From Vicugna vicugna (Eukaryota), in assembly GCA_013265495.1 (NCBI GenBank), contig MU062317.1, positions 1,672,229-1,736,228 of the forward strand: 64,000 nucleotides of DNA, in the 5' to 3' direction. Shown here one piece after another: positions 50,991 through 63,945 of the stretch (the stretch's first letter is position 1; every line of letters begins with the position of its first letter). The position numbers were made by a program, and so were the translations under genes. Under the pieces are notes generated by a model. That model saw only the letters and a program-made list of their open reading frames with translations, was not told the origin of the DNA and searched no databases.

Positions 50991-52749
50991 CCAAACATGC
51001 CATGAGGCATCGGGGCGGGGTGAGGGGCTGGCCGCCCGTTGCCCAGTCCCTGCCGTCCCTCCCCAGGCCTGCCCCCTGCTGTCCATCACAGTGACCACCC
51101 GCCCTCGGGGGCCACGGCCCAGGTCTGTGTGCCGAACATCCCACAGGCTCCCCGAGTCCCTGGCTAGAGGGGCGGAGCACAGACTTGGAGCTCTGGCCAC
51201 AGGAGACAGAGAGGAGACAGTCCAGCCAGACACCAGGCCAACCCTGGCATATGTCTTGGATGGACCTAAGACTGAAGCATAAGAGACAGCATTTCTGCCA
51301 CTTGGGGCGGCCAGAAGGGAAGGCGTCACACAGATCTGAGCAGACAGAAATCCAACAGCAATACTTCCATGTGCGCAGAGGCTGGACGAGGCGCCTGGCG
51401 GCAGGCAGGGCAAGGAGAACCCCCCGCACAAGCAGCACGCGGGTGGCAGCGGGGCCCCAGGAGGTCACGGAGCCTCTCTGTGCTGCTGCCCACCCTCCTC
51501 TCAGCCCTGGGCTGCCTGTGCACCGGCCCGGAGCCAGCAGGTGGTCCTCCCTCAGACCCCGGTGCTGCCGCGACACTCCTGTGCCCAACAAACCACCCTG
51601 CCACCACCGGCTCACCAGCCCGCAGGTCCCGCCGTGCTGAGGACGTCACTGCCAGGCCCACCAAACCAACAGGACTGTGAGTCCTCACTGTGCCCCGCGC
51701 GCCACCCAGATGCCCTGGAAATGCACTTCCAGCTGGTGGGAAGGACCCTCCCCGGTCCCTCAGCTCCCACCGGGCCTTTGGTGACGATAGCAGGGAGCCT
51801 GGCCTCCCGCCTGACCCGACGGCACGTCCACCTCCACCGCCTGCATGTGACAAGCAGCGTGGGGCCCCTGAGTGCTCCTCACGCAGGACCCGGAACCAGA
51901 CTGAAGTCACGCCCTCCGAAAGTGGGGTACCTCACAGGGCCCTGCTGACACTTTAACCTGAAGATGCTTCAACACACACAGACTCGAAAAGTCCTTGGTA
52001 TCGTGGCCAGAACAAAGCTGCCGACTCAGCACTGTAAAACCCTTCAACCTGCGCACGCACGAGTGTTCACAAGAGCCAAAGGGCAGAGACAACCCGAATG
52101 TGCATCGACAAGCGAATGGGGACACAGAACGGGATAGAAACACCCGAAGGGAGACTCTCCAGCCACAAGAAGCGATGACGGGACAGCCAGAGAGACGGCA
52201 GACAAGGACGGCGAGGGCTCAAGCGCTCGACGAACCAAGGGAAGCCGCCGGGCATACGAGCAGCCCCAGCAACAGCACACACACCTCCCTGGTGCCCGTG
52301 GGACGCTCCCCAGGGCAGATGTCGTCCAAAGCATCTCCTCCGACCACAGCAGGACAAGTTAGAGACCAACAGCAGAAGGAAAGCTGGAGGATCCATGAGC
52401 ATGTGGAAAGCAGGGAACACACTCCTAGACGGCTGGCGGCCAGAGAAGAAAGCACGAGGGAAGTCAGGGCGCAACATGCCAGGCCCCAGGGACGCAGGGG
52501 GACCGGGGGAGGGAGACCCACTGCCTTGGAAAGCAAGAGGGGGCTCAGACCGACGGCCGGACTTCACAGCTTAAGGACCTAGAAGATCGTGGTTGATCAA
52601 GTCACCGGCCATTGGAGACCCTCGCAGAACAGAAAAAATGCTCAGCCTCCTGCCCCTCGCTCCTCCCGGAGGCCACAGGGCGAGCCTCCAAGTTCCAGCC
52701 CTCTAATCTCCCGGTCTTGTGGGCGACCAGCAGGGGCCCCACCCTAAGT

Positions 52750-54907
52750 CACCTTGTTAGCAGAAACTCACGGAACTCCTAATAAACGACAAAAGACGCT
52801 CCCATGTGCCACAGAAGGAAACCCCCCCAGCACAATAAAGGCCAGACATGAAAGGCCAGGGCAAACGCCACCTCAACGGCCGAGGACCGAAGACTCTCCT
52901 CCACGGGCTGGGACAAGACGGAGACGCCCGCCGGCGCCCGTGCTCCTCGACGCGGCGCTGGGAGTTGTACCCAGAGCAACTAGGCAAGAAAAGCGAAAGG
53001 CATATGAGCCGAAAAGGAGGAAGTCAAGTTCCCTCTGTTCACAGATGACGCAGAAAACTCTCAACGATCCTGCAAACAAGTTGTCAGAATGAACGAATTC
53101 AGCAGAACAGCAGGATACGAAGCCAACACACAAAAATCAGTTGCACTTCTATCCACTAGCAATGAAACAACCCAAAAAGGAAATTAAGAAAATAGTTCCA
53201 TTATGTTAGCATCAAGAATAAAGTGCTTACGAACACACCTAACAAGGTGATGGACTTGCACACTGAGAACTGTAGAAGTGCTAGGAGGAGCTACACACAA
53301 GTCAGCGCAAGGACACCCGTCCATGGATTAGAAGACTTAATACTGCTAAGATGCTAACAGAACCCAAAGTGATCTAAAGAATCAGTGCAATCTCTATCAA
53401 AACCCAACGATTATTTTTTTGGTAGGAATTTTTTTAAAATCCTAAAATTCAGGTGGAATCTCAAGGGACTCAGAATAGCCAAAAAGATCTTCACAAAGAA
53501 CAAAGCTGGAGAACTCACAATCCTTGATTTCAAAGCTTACTGCAAAGCTTCAGTAACCAAAACAGTGTGGTATAAAGACAAATCTACGGAATAGAACACA
53601 CGGCCCAGAAATGAACCCTCACACGTGCGGTCAAATGACTTCCAAAGAGGGCGCCAAGACCATTCAGTGCGGAAAAGGAGTCTTCTCAACAAACGGTGCT
53701 GGGAAAACTGGGTGTCCACACACACAAGAATTTCGCTGGGCCTGTACGTAACACCACACGCAGAAGTGAACTCCAAATGCACCAAAGACCTAACTGCAAG
53801 ATCTAAAACTATAAGCCCCTTAGGAGAACACACAGAGCAGAGCTTCCAGACATGGGGTTTGGCATCGATTTCTTGGGTATGACACCAAAGGCCCAGGCAA
53901 CAAAGGAAAAATAGACAAATTCATGAAAAAGTGCACTTTTTGTTCATCAAGTGACACTATAAACAAAGTGAAAAAGACCTCACAGAACAGGGAAGATACT
54001 TGCAAATCCTGTATCTGGTAGGGGGTTCATGTCCAGAACACGCAGAGAACGAACTCCTGCAGCTCAGCAACGACAGACAAATGGCCCACTTCACAACGGG
54101 CAAAGGACTGGGTTCTGTTAGCATCATTTCTCCAAAGAAGACAGACGCGTGAAAAGACATTCAGCATCACTAGCTGTCAGAGAAACGCAAATCCAAACTA
54201 CGGGGCCCCACCTCACACCCGCTGGGACGGCTGCGGCCAAAACGGAAACCAACCAGTGTGGGCGGGGACATGGAGAAACGGAAACCGCGGGCACCGCTGG
54301 TGGGGACGAAGAACGGTACAGCTGCCGTGGAAAGCGGTGTCGACGCGCCTTGAAAACTTGAGAAAACAACTGCAAACAACCCAGCAATCCCATGTGCACG
54401 TCATGTGCCCGGAAGGACAGGGAGCAGCGTCTCAAGAAGTTCCTAACGCACATTCACAGCAGCACGACTCACGGGAGCTAAAGACATGGAAGCAACCCAA
54501 GTGCTCATCAGCAGAAGACGGAGGAGCAGAGCGTGGTCTGTCCTCACAAGGGAACGCTATTCAGGCTTTAAAAGGAAGGAAACGCTGATGCCTGCTACAA
54601 CCTGCACGAACCCTGAGGATGTTACGTGAGCCAATCGCGAAAGGACAAATCCAGTGTGACCCCTTTTTTGAGGTCCTTAGGGGAGTCAAAATCCTAGAAA
54701 CAGGAAGGAGGAGGTGGGTACAGGGACTGGGGCCAGGGAGTGAGTGTTTAACGGAGACTGAGTTCAGTCTGGGAAGATGGAAGAGTTCTGTGACCGGACG
54801 GTGGTGACGGTCGCACAAAAATGTGAGTCCAGTTAATATCGATGAACTGTACACTTAAAAATGGTTAAGATGGTAAATTTTATGTGTACTTCACCACAAT
54901 AAAAAAA
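52750..54907 (+). mobile_element. 5'-truncated L1 (RT region to 3'UTR and A-tail)
   Basis: Degenerate RT motif ctgttcacagatgacg; gaattcagc...gcaggatac...aaaatcagttgca; 3'UTR gaactgtacacttaaaaatggttaagatggtaaattttatg...caataaaaaaa. No intact ORF. Confidence 0.9.
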
Positions 54908-54919
54908 ACTGGGAGAAGA

Positions 54920-55260
54920 AAAGGAATGAAGTTCTGATGCACATTACCACACGGATGGACTGAGAACATCGCGCCAGTGTCAGAAGCCAGTTACAAAGAC
55001 CACACGTCACACGTTCCGTTGACATGAAATGTCTGGCGCAGGCAGACCCAGAGGCAGCGCGGAGCCTGGCGGGGGTCAGGCGCCGGCGGAGTAAGGGCGG
55101 CAGCGGCTGCAGGCGGGCGTGGGCTTCCCTTGCCCAGTGCAGTTTGCCAGCAGTGGGGGTGGCGGACGGACAGCGTGGTGAATGCACCAAACGCCACCGA
55201 CTTGTTCAATGTGATGTAGTCGATTTTACGTTATGTGTACTTCAAACAATTTTTAAAAAA
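54920..55260 (+). mobile_element. Second old L1M 3'UTR fragment
   Basis: gaatgaagttctgatgcac...gaagccagttacaaagaccac...gattttacgttatgtgtacttcaaacaatttttaaaaaa. Confidence 0.7.
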
Positions 55261-57867
55261 CCCCACTGAACCAACTAAATGTAGACTGAACCTGAACAGA
55301 AGGTGCCGGAAGGTGCTCAGCGGACATGAACACAGGCTTGGCTGGGGCGACATGGCGCTTCCCGCGGGACATGCCCGCGCCACCGCGTGGCTGCCTCCTC
55401 CACTTGCCCATCCCCAGCCACAGTGCATCTGTCCCACCAGCCCTCCCCACGTGGTCCTGACCTGGATCCCACCAGCCTGACCCCTCTCACTCACCTGGCC
55501 AGGAACCCATGAACACGGCGCCCATGCTGGTGCCAGAATCCCACAGAGCACCCGGGCCGCCGGGACCAGAGCGGGGCAGTCCTACTGTCCAAGATCAGCA
55601 GCACAGCTGCGTCAGCGAGCAGAGCAGAGGAGGGCACCCAGCCCTCGCCGCTGCCAGCCTCTCACCCCAGTGCCCGGCCTCGCCACGGCGCCAGAGGAGT
55701 GTTCCAACAAAACAGAGCAGCTGGAGCCTCAGAGCCGCCCCTGGAGAGCATCTCAAGGACCTGCTCACCTGCAGGACGGAGCCACATTCCCCACATTCCC
55801 CCACAGTGACGCGGCCTTCGTCTGCATGTCACCTCACGTCCACCTCACCCCGAGCCCTCGGACACTGTGACCCCCATGATCCCACACCAGCACTGCAGCG
55901 GCCGAGCCAACCCGATCACCAACCCCCGCACGAGGCAGAGGGGAGAGTGAGCCCAGGGCGGAGCGGCGTCCACACGGGGATACACCAAGGAGGACAGGGA
56001 GGCACAAGGAGGGCAGGGAGGTCGTGGAAGAAAGGACAGACCCAGGACTCTCGGGCCAGCTCCGCCAGGGCCCCGGGCTCAGCTGACGGCCAGCTCCAGC
56101 TTCTAGGACACCGGACGGATGGGAGCCCGAGATGCAGAAATGCCTGGGTGTCCCCACCGCCAAGGGCAGTGTGGGCTGTTGGTAACATCTCTGGGCAGAT
56201 AAGCACAGTCTGTCACCATGGTTCAAAGCCATCTGGGTCACAAATAAATCCAGCTGGGGGGCCTCTCCCACAGAGCACAGTCGAGGGGACCCCCACCTTT
56301 CCAGCAGAAACGACTATTTTATTTTATTATTTGTGTGTCCAAAAAGGCACATAAACTGTCAAAGTGTAACTTTGCTCCTTTAGGGTGCTCGTCCCTCTCC
56401 ATGAGATGTGGGCACCCAGAGGGAGGGATGGGGGCAGCCTTGTGGGGGAGGAGGACCCCGAAATCCACCTGGCTCCGAGCCCCCCACCAATGGGCTCCTC
56501 TCTGGCCACCTGGGCTCCTGCCAGCCAGCTTCGCCATGAAGTCCACTCCCGGCTGGCCCACCCGTCTCCCAGCACCACTGCAAGTCCCACCCACTAAATG
56601 TTCTCCCGGACCAACACCACTCGTGGCAGAACCACAGGTGCACACCAGTACCTGCAATCCGGGACCAGGCGGCCTGGTGTCTTCCACCCAGGCTGGACTA
56701 GCTGCTGAGCAGTGCTCACCCATGGAACTGGCTCCCCACCCCGCTTCTCAGCGTGGCTTCCAGGCCTCAGAATCTCAAGGTCCCCATTCCACTTCTTTAT
56801 TACCACTGTCTGACACTGGCCCGTCACCTGCCTCCCAGACAGGACACACTGGGGCTCCTCCATCCACCCACCCTCCCAAAGAGGCCCCTCACGTCCACCA
56901 CCATGTCCACCTGCCATGGCAGCACCTCCACCACCCCTTGGGCGGTTCTGGCCTCTTTAGACCCCCGTGCCAGGATGCCACAGTGTGGACATCTCCACGG
57001 CCTAGCTGGCTGCCCCTCCAGGGCCCCCTGTTCTCTTTGGGGGACCCCAGAGCCCGGTCCTCCACTGGCTGCTCCCTCCAATAACCTCTGCAGAGCCAAG
57101 GGCCCCACACCCACCTCGAGCCCCACCTCCTCCCCGAGATCCAAGACTCACAGGCTCACTGCCCACTGAACACCTTCACTGGGTCCGATGGACAACACAA
57201 GCTCGGCCCACCTCTGCTTGAGTCTGCTCCTCCCCACACAGGGCACTGCTCCACCCAGGACCTGAACCGGAGCCCACCCTGTGACGACGCCCTGCCGGGA
57301 AGGGGGCTGAGCCGTCCTGCGAATGAACTCAACACGCATCCACTGTGGCCCAGGGTCCCCCACCCCAGGCCAGAGGCCGAGCAGGGTCTGCGTGGTTGGT
57401 ATGAAGTTTCTCTACGCCCCAGCCAGGGGCGCCCTGCCCCGAGGGACGGGGTGGGGCGGACTGCTCGGGGGCCAGTATGGACTTGGAGGGGCCAATCACC
57501 AGGTTTGGGGGTGGTCGTCGCTGGGGCAGGGTCACGGGGCCAGCGTCCAGCTGTCACAGCCAGGGCCCTTCCCACCAGGGGGAGATCAGGCCATGTTCTG
57601 GACTTTCCCTTGTGCCACCAACAGACCAAGCCAGTGCCCTCTCTGATGGCAGGCTTGTTGGCCAGAACACACACTCAGCCAAGCGCAGAGAGGCACCAGT
57701 GAAAACCCCACACGCGGTCACATCAGCTGCCCACTCTGCCTTTAGATGCCCCTCGAGGGGCACTGGAGCCGCGGGCCACCCATCACCCACCCTCCCCCTT
57801 CCGGCACACCGCACCAATACCTCCACTGTGGCCACGACCCGCACCGTGGGAGAGAGGTGGTACTCAC

Positions 57868-57918
57868 TGTCTTCTCCCGGACAGGGCATGCCTGGCTCCT
57901 CGGGGATGCTGGGGAAAA
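57868..57918 (-). CDS. PRKCZ: PRKCZ coding exon 4
   Basis: Acceptor ATGCAG|TT; 51 nt encoding VFPSIPEEPGMPCPGED; donor CA|GTGAGT. Confidence 0.97.
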
Positions 57919-59290
57919 CTGCATGGGGAGAGAGAGACAGTGCGTCAGTGCCACTGCAGCCTCGCGAGAAGCCCTGCTCTGGGGCAGGCTGACCGGACGC
58001 ACCTGCCCACAAAGCCCACTCATGGTGAGAGCCCACTCTCGGGAGATGCTCATTAATGAGCCTTGGAACCCGGTACATCGACAGGTAACAAGGTGCCAAA
58101 TGCCCTCTGATAAGACCTGGAGACGCCCTGAAAAATCCAGGGGAAAAAGCAGTCAGAGACCCGGCTGACAGCCGTCGGAGGAGAACTCCTGGTCTGTATT
58201 GATAAATCAACGTGGAGACGGGCAAGAACTGACATTCCTCTGAACACTGACTTTTGAAAGCACACTCATCCCACTGCTTCTCACTCAAGAAGGAGCTCAA
58301 AACTCAGCATGTTAAATACACCTGGAGCCTCCACGATGAGCCATTAAACAGAAGCTCGCGCGATACATCTTAGCTGAATTCCTTTCTCCTAAATAAAAGG
58401 TAAAGGGAACTTTAAAAGCACCAATCTTTGTAATGCTGAGAATCAACGCACAGATGTCAATGTCACCACCCCAAAAACGAGGCCTGCGGTAGGCTTCACA
58501 TTTAGCCACAGGCACAGAAAGGGCTACAAAAGCTGCGTATTTTAACCACCCGCCTGCCCAGTTTTGCACTCCAGCCCCCGCTCTTGGGCTCAGCTGCCGG
58601 TGCCCCGCGCACGAGGACGAGCTGCACCAGGGCGGCCACGCTGCTGGAGCCAAGTGCGCGGTCCCGCAGACACCGGGAGCGCGGTCTGAAGCCCTCAGTG
58701 CAATGGCTACCCTGAATCAAGAACAGTGCCCAGTGCTGAGGTTCACCTGCTGAGGGAGGCTGTGAGCCTGGGAGAAGCCAGAGGGAGGGCCTTGTCCAGC
58801 CCGGAGCCGGGCTGCAGCCCTGTCCCCTGCTCTGCCCGCAGGCACGTGGGCCCCAGACCCTCGGAGCTCCGGGAAGGGTGAGGGCAGGTGAACAAGCCCA
58901 GGCTTCTGACACCCCCGGCAATACCGGCCTCCAGGAAACAAGGGTGGTGAGAGCCGACAGCAGGAGCCCAGCTTCTGCGGCCACGATCTGACAGAAGAGG
59001 CGCAACAGAGTGCCCGTCTTGTCCCCGGCACCCAGGCTAAGGCCAGGCGCACTCACCCGGAGAAGAGGGTTTCTGACTTTTTACCGGGAAGAGCAATTTG
59101 TATCTGGAGTGACAAAACGTGAAAGAGAACAAAACAAAGCCAAACTGCATCCTATTCCACACCCTCACAGTCTCTGGCACGCTAAGATCTTAAACTGCGG
59201 CCTTCCACGTGGCGTCCGGCCCGACAAAGATGCCCACAGCCGAGGAGGTGCCCCCCCGCTCCCCAGACCGCCCCGCCGGCCAGCACTGAC

Positions 59291-59380
59291 CGTGAATGAT
59301 GAGACCTTCGTCCCTGTGCTGACAGGACAGGCGGAAGGCCTCCTCCAGCTCCATCTGGGAGGACACAGTGCAGGGGTCAC
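59291..59380 (-). CDS. PRKCZ: PRKCZ coding exon 3 (PB1 acidic OPCA region)
   Basis: Acceptor CCCAG|GT; 90 nt encoding [30 protein letters not shown]; donor CG|GTCAGT. Confidence 0.98.
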
Positions 59381-60283
59381 CTGGGCGGGCAGGAGACATC
59401 GCTGAGGCCACCGCAGGCCCAAGGCAAGGGGCTCAGGATGGCGGGCATCAGACCCCAGTTCGGGAGGGCAAAGTCCCGCTGCTGGTGACTGGTGGCCCAG
59501 AACAGAGCTGGCGGGTCCCAGAGCAGCCAGACCAGCAAGTCATCTGTCCAAGCCCCGCCTCAGAGTCCCCCAACCCCCAGGGAAGCGAGTCCACGCAGAG
59601 CTGAGAAAGCCACTCGGAGCGAAGCTGGGCTAGCTTCCCGGCTTGGGTGAGTGAGAACACTCTTCTAGTCAGCCCCAGACTGGAGGGAAGGGCTCCCTGC
59701 CCCGTGCTGCAGGACAGGAGCAGAGAGACGCAGACAGCCAGCGCCCACGCGCCGGGCCCTGACGGAAGGGGCTCAGCTAGAGTGTCTGCCCTGTCCCCCG
59801 CGGCCAGGCTGACAGCGCCAGGCGCAGTCATCCAGAGGAGGGGGTCTCTCCTGGACCGTCCCCCAAACCCAAACCCTTTGCTTTCTCACAAGCATGTCTG
59901 ACTGTAAGAGAGGAGGGACGGAGCGGGACGAGGCGACACTGGGGCCACCAGAAAAGCCCAGGACACGAGAAAGGAAGGTCACGTAAGGAGGGTAAGGGCC
60001 TGCCCACGGCGGGTAGGGGGCCCGCAGCCTCTCCCTGGGGCCCAAGACCAGGGCAGGCCTTGCAGGCGGACACTCACCTCCCACCCCTAAACCCAGGCCC
60101 TCCACGCACCTGCTGCCAACCTCTTCCCAGGAAGCAGTTTCCAACGTCCCCTCTGGGGAAGCTGGCTAGTTAAACTTGACCAGTTCAGTCCCAGGGTTTT
60201 CACCTCCCCCTACCCCCGAGGGGCCGCGCCCACTCCGCTCCCCAGACTGAGGTTTGCAGTCCGATGGACACACGCCAACCTAC

Positions 60284-60405
60284 CTTCACTGTCCACCCAC
60301 TTGAGGGTGAGCGGGTGGTCCTGGTGCAGACGGCACATCTCCCTCACCTCCTCACAGAGCTCGTCGAAGGTGGTGGCCGAGTCCAGGCTGGTGATCAGGA
60401 TGTCC
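60284..60405 (-). CDS. PRKCZ: PRKCZ coding exon 2 (PB1 domain)
   Basis: Acceptor CCCCAG|G; 122 nt encoding DILITSLDSATTFDELCEEVREMCRLHQDHPLTLKWVDSE; donor AG|GTAGGT. Confidence 0.98.
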
Positions 60406-61284
60406 CTGGGGCAGAGAGGACGGACAGGTCTCACCACGGGGTGTGCTTAAATCACGGCCCCCTGCCGCCCACCCCTTCCTGCTGGAACTGGCCATATCTG
60501 CTCAAAGACCCTCAGCACGTGCTCCAGGGCCCAGCTCTCCTCAGGGACCAGCACAGCCCACCTGCACCACGGCCCGCAGCATCCTAGCAGATGGGGAAAC
60601 TGAGACACAGAGGGCTCACCCAGTCCATCAGTGGGGGCTCCAGAGACCAAGCCCCCACTCCCACCCACCCCAACACCCTGGGTCACCCACACCGGTACCA
60701 GGCACACTCGCCCCTGACCCAGCATCCACCAGTCCACCTGCGACCAGGAGCCCTGGAAGTCTGTCTGCCATCCCTTCACCTTCTACCTCTCCCTGTGTCA
60801 CGAATCCCTCCACCCCGCAGTTCCGCCCCTAAGTGGAAGCTAGCCTCCCCCCGGCCAGTGCTTCAGGGCCTAGAGGCCAGGCAGTGGCCCCCAGCAGTCT
60901 GGAAGCCCTGACACCAGGCTGGGCCCCCGGATGCCAGGCCTATCACCAGCCACAGCAATTCAGCTCTTCCCCACCCAGGGCAGGACTTCAGCACGCACGG
61001 GGAGGGGCTGTCCCACCCCCACGCCCTATGTCCTCCCGAACCTGAGTCAGGCAGCCCCTCTGAGCAAACAGGGCCCCCTGAGGCTGCCAGCTCAGGACTG
61101 TCAGGCAACCGCCTGAGGGACTGTCCTTCCCTGGGTGCCTAGAAGGGTACCAGGCCCCAGCACCCAGCCCTGGGCCATGTACAGAGCAGGCGCTTGATAA
61201 GGATCTGGACAAGCCGGAGCTGGAGAGACTGCGGCGCTGCCTAGCTCTCTCTGTGATTTTTTTTTTCATAACCTGATTTTTTTC

Positions 61285-61345
61285 TCTCTCTCTTTTTTTA
61301 ATGGAAGTATAGCCCGTTTACAGCGTCGTGTCAAAAGTTTCTGCG
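61285..61345 (-). mobile_element. Short L1 3' tail fragment
   Basis: ttttttaatggaagtatagcccgtttacagcgtcgtgtcaa is the reverse-complement counterpart of the tail at 15785-15828. Confidence 0.55.
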
Positions 61346-61989
61346 ATCTTACAAAAGCGGGCTTCTGAGACTCAGCCTGGCAGAACAGGGTCTCCACACC
61401 CAACAAAGGCACCCCCTGAAGACACAGGAGCTGCTGGACCCCACTTCAGACTCCGGTGACTACACACCCTGCAAAGGCCCAGCTGGTGGAGGGGGAGGCT
61501 CTGACCTCCAGCTTTTGGAGGGACTGTGGCGGAGGTGGGGGGACGGGAAAGGACAACCAGGAGAAGCCATCGCCAGTGGGAGCCGCTGAAGCCCCTCCCA
61601 CCTTTAAGAACAGTGTCTTCAACACATCTGACTCTCAGCTCCTGACCCTGCTGCTTAAAAATAACCTCCCTCCAGGAGGCAGCAGCAGAGAATTCCACTT
61701 GGACCTGCGGAGTTTGGATCAGTGAGCGCGGTTCTTGGTGGGTGCTCTCCAGTGCCAGCGTCAGTGCTGGGCTCTGAGGACTAAGTCTGCCAACTCAGAC
61801 AGTCCCCGGGGAGAGGCACCAGCACGGAGCACTTTGGGAAGAGCACGGGGAGGAGTGAGGGAGTGCGAGCTGGACTGGGAAGGGATGATGGAGCATCTGG
61901 AAATGAAAAACTATGCTTCCTGATTTTACAGGGGTCTCTTTCCCTTTAAAAAAAAAAATCTTCATTGACGAGCTGGACTGGGAAGGAAT

Positions 61990-62100
61990 GGTGGAGCCTG
62001 GGGCAGAAATGGGGGGGGGGTGACAGGGAGGAGGGAAAGAGGAGCGGGAGGGGAGGAGAGAGGAAGGAGCAGAGGTTGGGAATGGAAGGAAGAGGAAAAG
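61990..62100. repeat. Polypurine low-complexity tract
   Basis: Almost entirely G/A on the plus strand. Confidence 0.6.
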
Positions 62101-63853
62101 TGTAGGGTGTGGCCCCATCAGCCTGGGGAAACCGGACTCAACAGGTCACATATCCCTCCCTCGGTAACCAAAGCGCTCTCCAGGGGCCCTAGCCAGGGAG
62201 GGGAGGGAGGGGCGAGGGACAGGTCCAGCAGCCACCCAGCCAGAACTCCCAGGGGCTCCGCGGAACTCTGCCCAAGACTCCTGCCTCACCCACCTCCATC
62301 CCGGGCTCAGTGCCGGAGGGGCCTGGGGGAAGGCAGGGGGTCCGGTTCCCACCCACCCCCTGGCCTCTCCGGGTGTGGACTTCCTTTCATTAGGAATCAA
62401 CTCTGATTTTCCAAAAGCCGCTTGCTGCTCAATCCCATGGCTCCAGACAGAGAGGACGACCATGTCTGATACTGAGACGCCCGTTCCTTGCAGTGGGCAA
62501 GCAGGAAGGACCAGTATGAGGACCAGGACCTAGCTGGCATCTCACCAGTTCAGCCCATCCTTCCAGGAGAGAAGACAAGATTCCCCAACCTCCTGAGGTG
62601 CGCTGGCCCGGCGTCCCTCAGAAATCCTTCCGTGGGGCTCTGCCACCAATTCTGCCCCCCCGCGCCCCCCCCCCCCGCTCCCAAGTGATCAGGCTAAGGA
62701 CAGCAGAGGGCAGGAGGAGAGGCTTGACAGACACCCAGACAAGGTGTGCTCACCCGGCCAAGAGCCTGAAGCCCCACCTCGGGTGCACCACAGTGGGGAC
62801 CACCAAGTTCAACTGCGGGCCAGGGTTCCGCTCCCTTCCCCTTCCCCCAGCAGAGGCGACCCTGGGAGCAGCCCGTCTGATCTCGGGCGCCTGGAGTCCA
62901 AGACAGGTGGGAAGCAGCGGCAAAGGCGCCTAGCTCTCCGATGAGCGCCGTCTGCACTGCGCTAGAAGGGGCAGCGGGGTTCTGGTCTCCAGTGGCCAAG
63001 AACCCAGCGCTTCCTGGGCCAGGCCGGGCGCTCCGGTCACTGACCCCCGTGAGGCCCCCTCGCCCCACTTCACAACGAGGCAGGTCGAATCCAGGGCGCG
63101 GTGCCCGGACGCAGGGCCCGGAGGCTGTCCCAAGGGTCCAGTCACCAAAGGAACCGCGCCCCAGCCCTTCCAGGCGCCCTCCATTCGTCCAACCGCCGGG
63201 GACTCACCGCACCTGGCCATCTCCGGTCAATAAACCTTTGTTAAACGGAGACCTCTGGCTCGGTAAATTGGGAAAAGTTCAGGAAAACCTCGATTTTTAA
63301 AACTGTCAGTTTTCACAGTTCGACAGAAACTTTCGTCCTTACGGGTCTGTGGCTTAATGTTCTGACCAGCTTTCCAGGGAGACAGTCAACACAGTGCCCG
63401 GGGCTGCGGACCGTGCCCGACGCCCGCCTCCGGCGCCACAGGGTCCTTCGGGCAAGTCCGGGCCCAGGAAAATCTCCTCCAGGCAGGGAGAGACCCTTGC
63501 GGCCGCCGCGCTCCGAGCCGGGCCCGGCGACCCCGCCCTGCCCGCGAGTTCTCCCGCAGGTGACGTCCAAGCGAGCCCGGAGCGCCCACCTCGCCCGGCG
63601 CCGCCGCTCGGCGCTGGCGCGTCAGGACCTCCCGGGACGCCCCTCCGCCCAGAGTGGCCTCGCGGCCCCACCCCTCCTGCGCCACGGCCGGCTGCCCACA
63701 GCCCTCGGCCTCCCGAAGTAGCGGCGACACGGTCCCCGACGGCCGGCGCGATTGCGGGCCGCTCCCGACGCCGGCTCGGCCCTCCGCCCCGCGGGCCTCG
63801 ACGCATACACCCCCGGCCCGGCTAGGGCTCCGCCGTCGGGCGCTCGCGCTCAC

Positions 63854-63924
63854 CCGTTGTAGTGCGCCTTCAGGCGGACGCGGCCGCCGCTCCCGTCCAT
63901 CTTGGGGCCCGTCCTGCTGGGCAT
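63854..63924 (-). CDS. PRKCZ: PRKCZ coding exon 1 (MPSRTGPKMDGSGGRVRLKAHYNG; PB1 start including conserved Lys19)
   Basis: ATG at 63924 in GCGCC-ATG-C context; 71 nt; donor GG|GTGAGC (phase 2). Confidence 0.97.
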
Positions 63925-63945
63925 GGCGCGCTCCGCCGGCCGCCG

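Noticed and set aside
53385-53882. L1 ORF2-like open fragments
   Set aside because: Decayed L1 with frameshifts and stops; neither an active element nor a host gene.
55495-55606. 112-nt segment ending in a perfect CAG|GTGAGT donor
   Set aside because: Acceptor is ambiguous and there is no other supporting context.
57554-58300. ORFs that run through real exons (also 5171-5644, 59190-59411, 60210-60437)
   Set aside because: Only the GT-AG bounded part matches PKC-zeta; the rest is intronic read-through.
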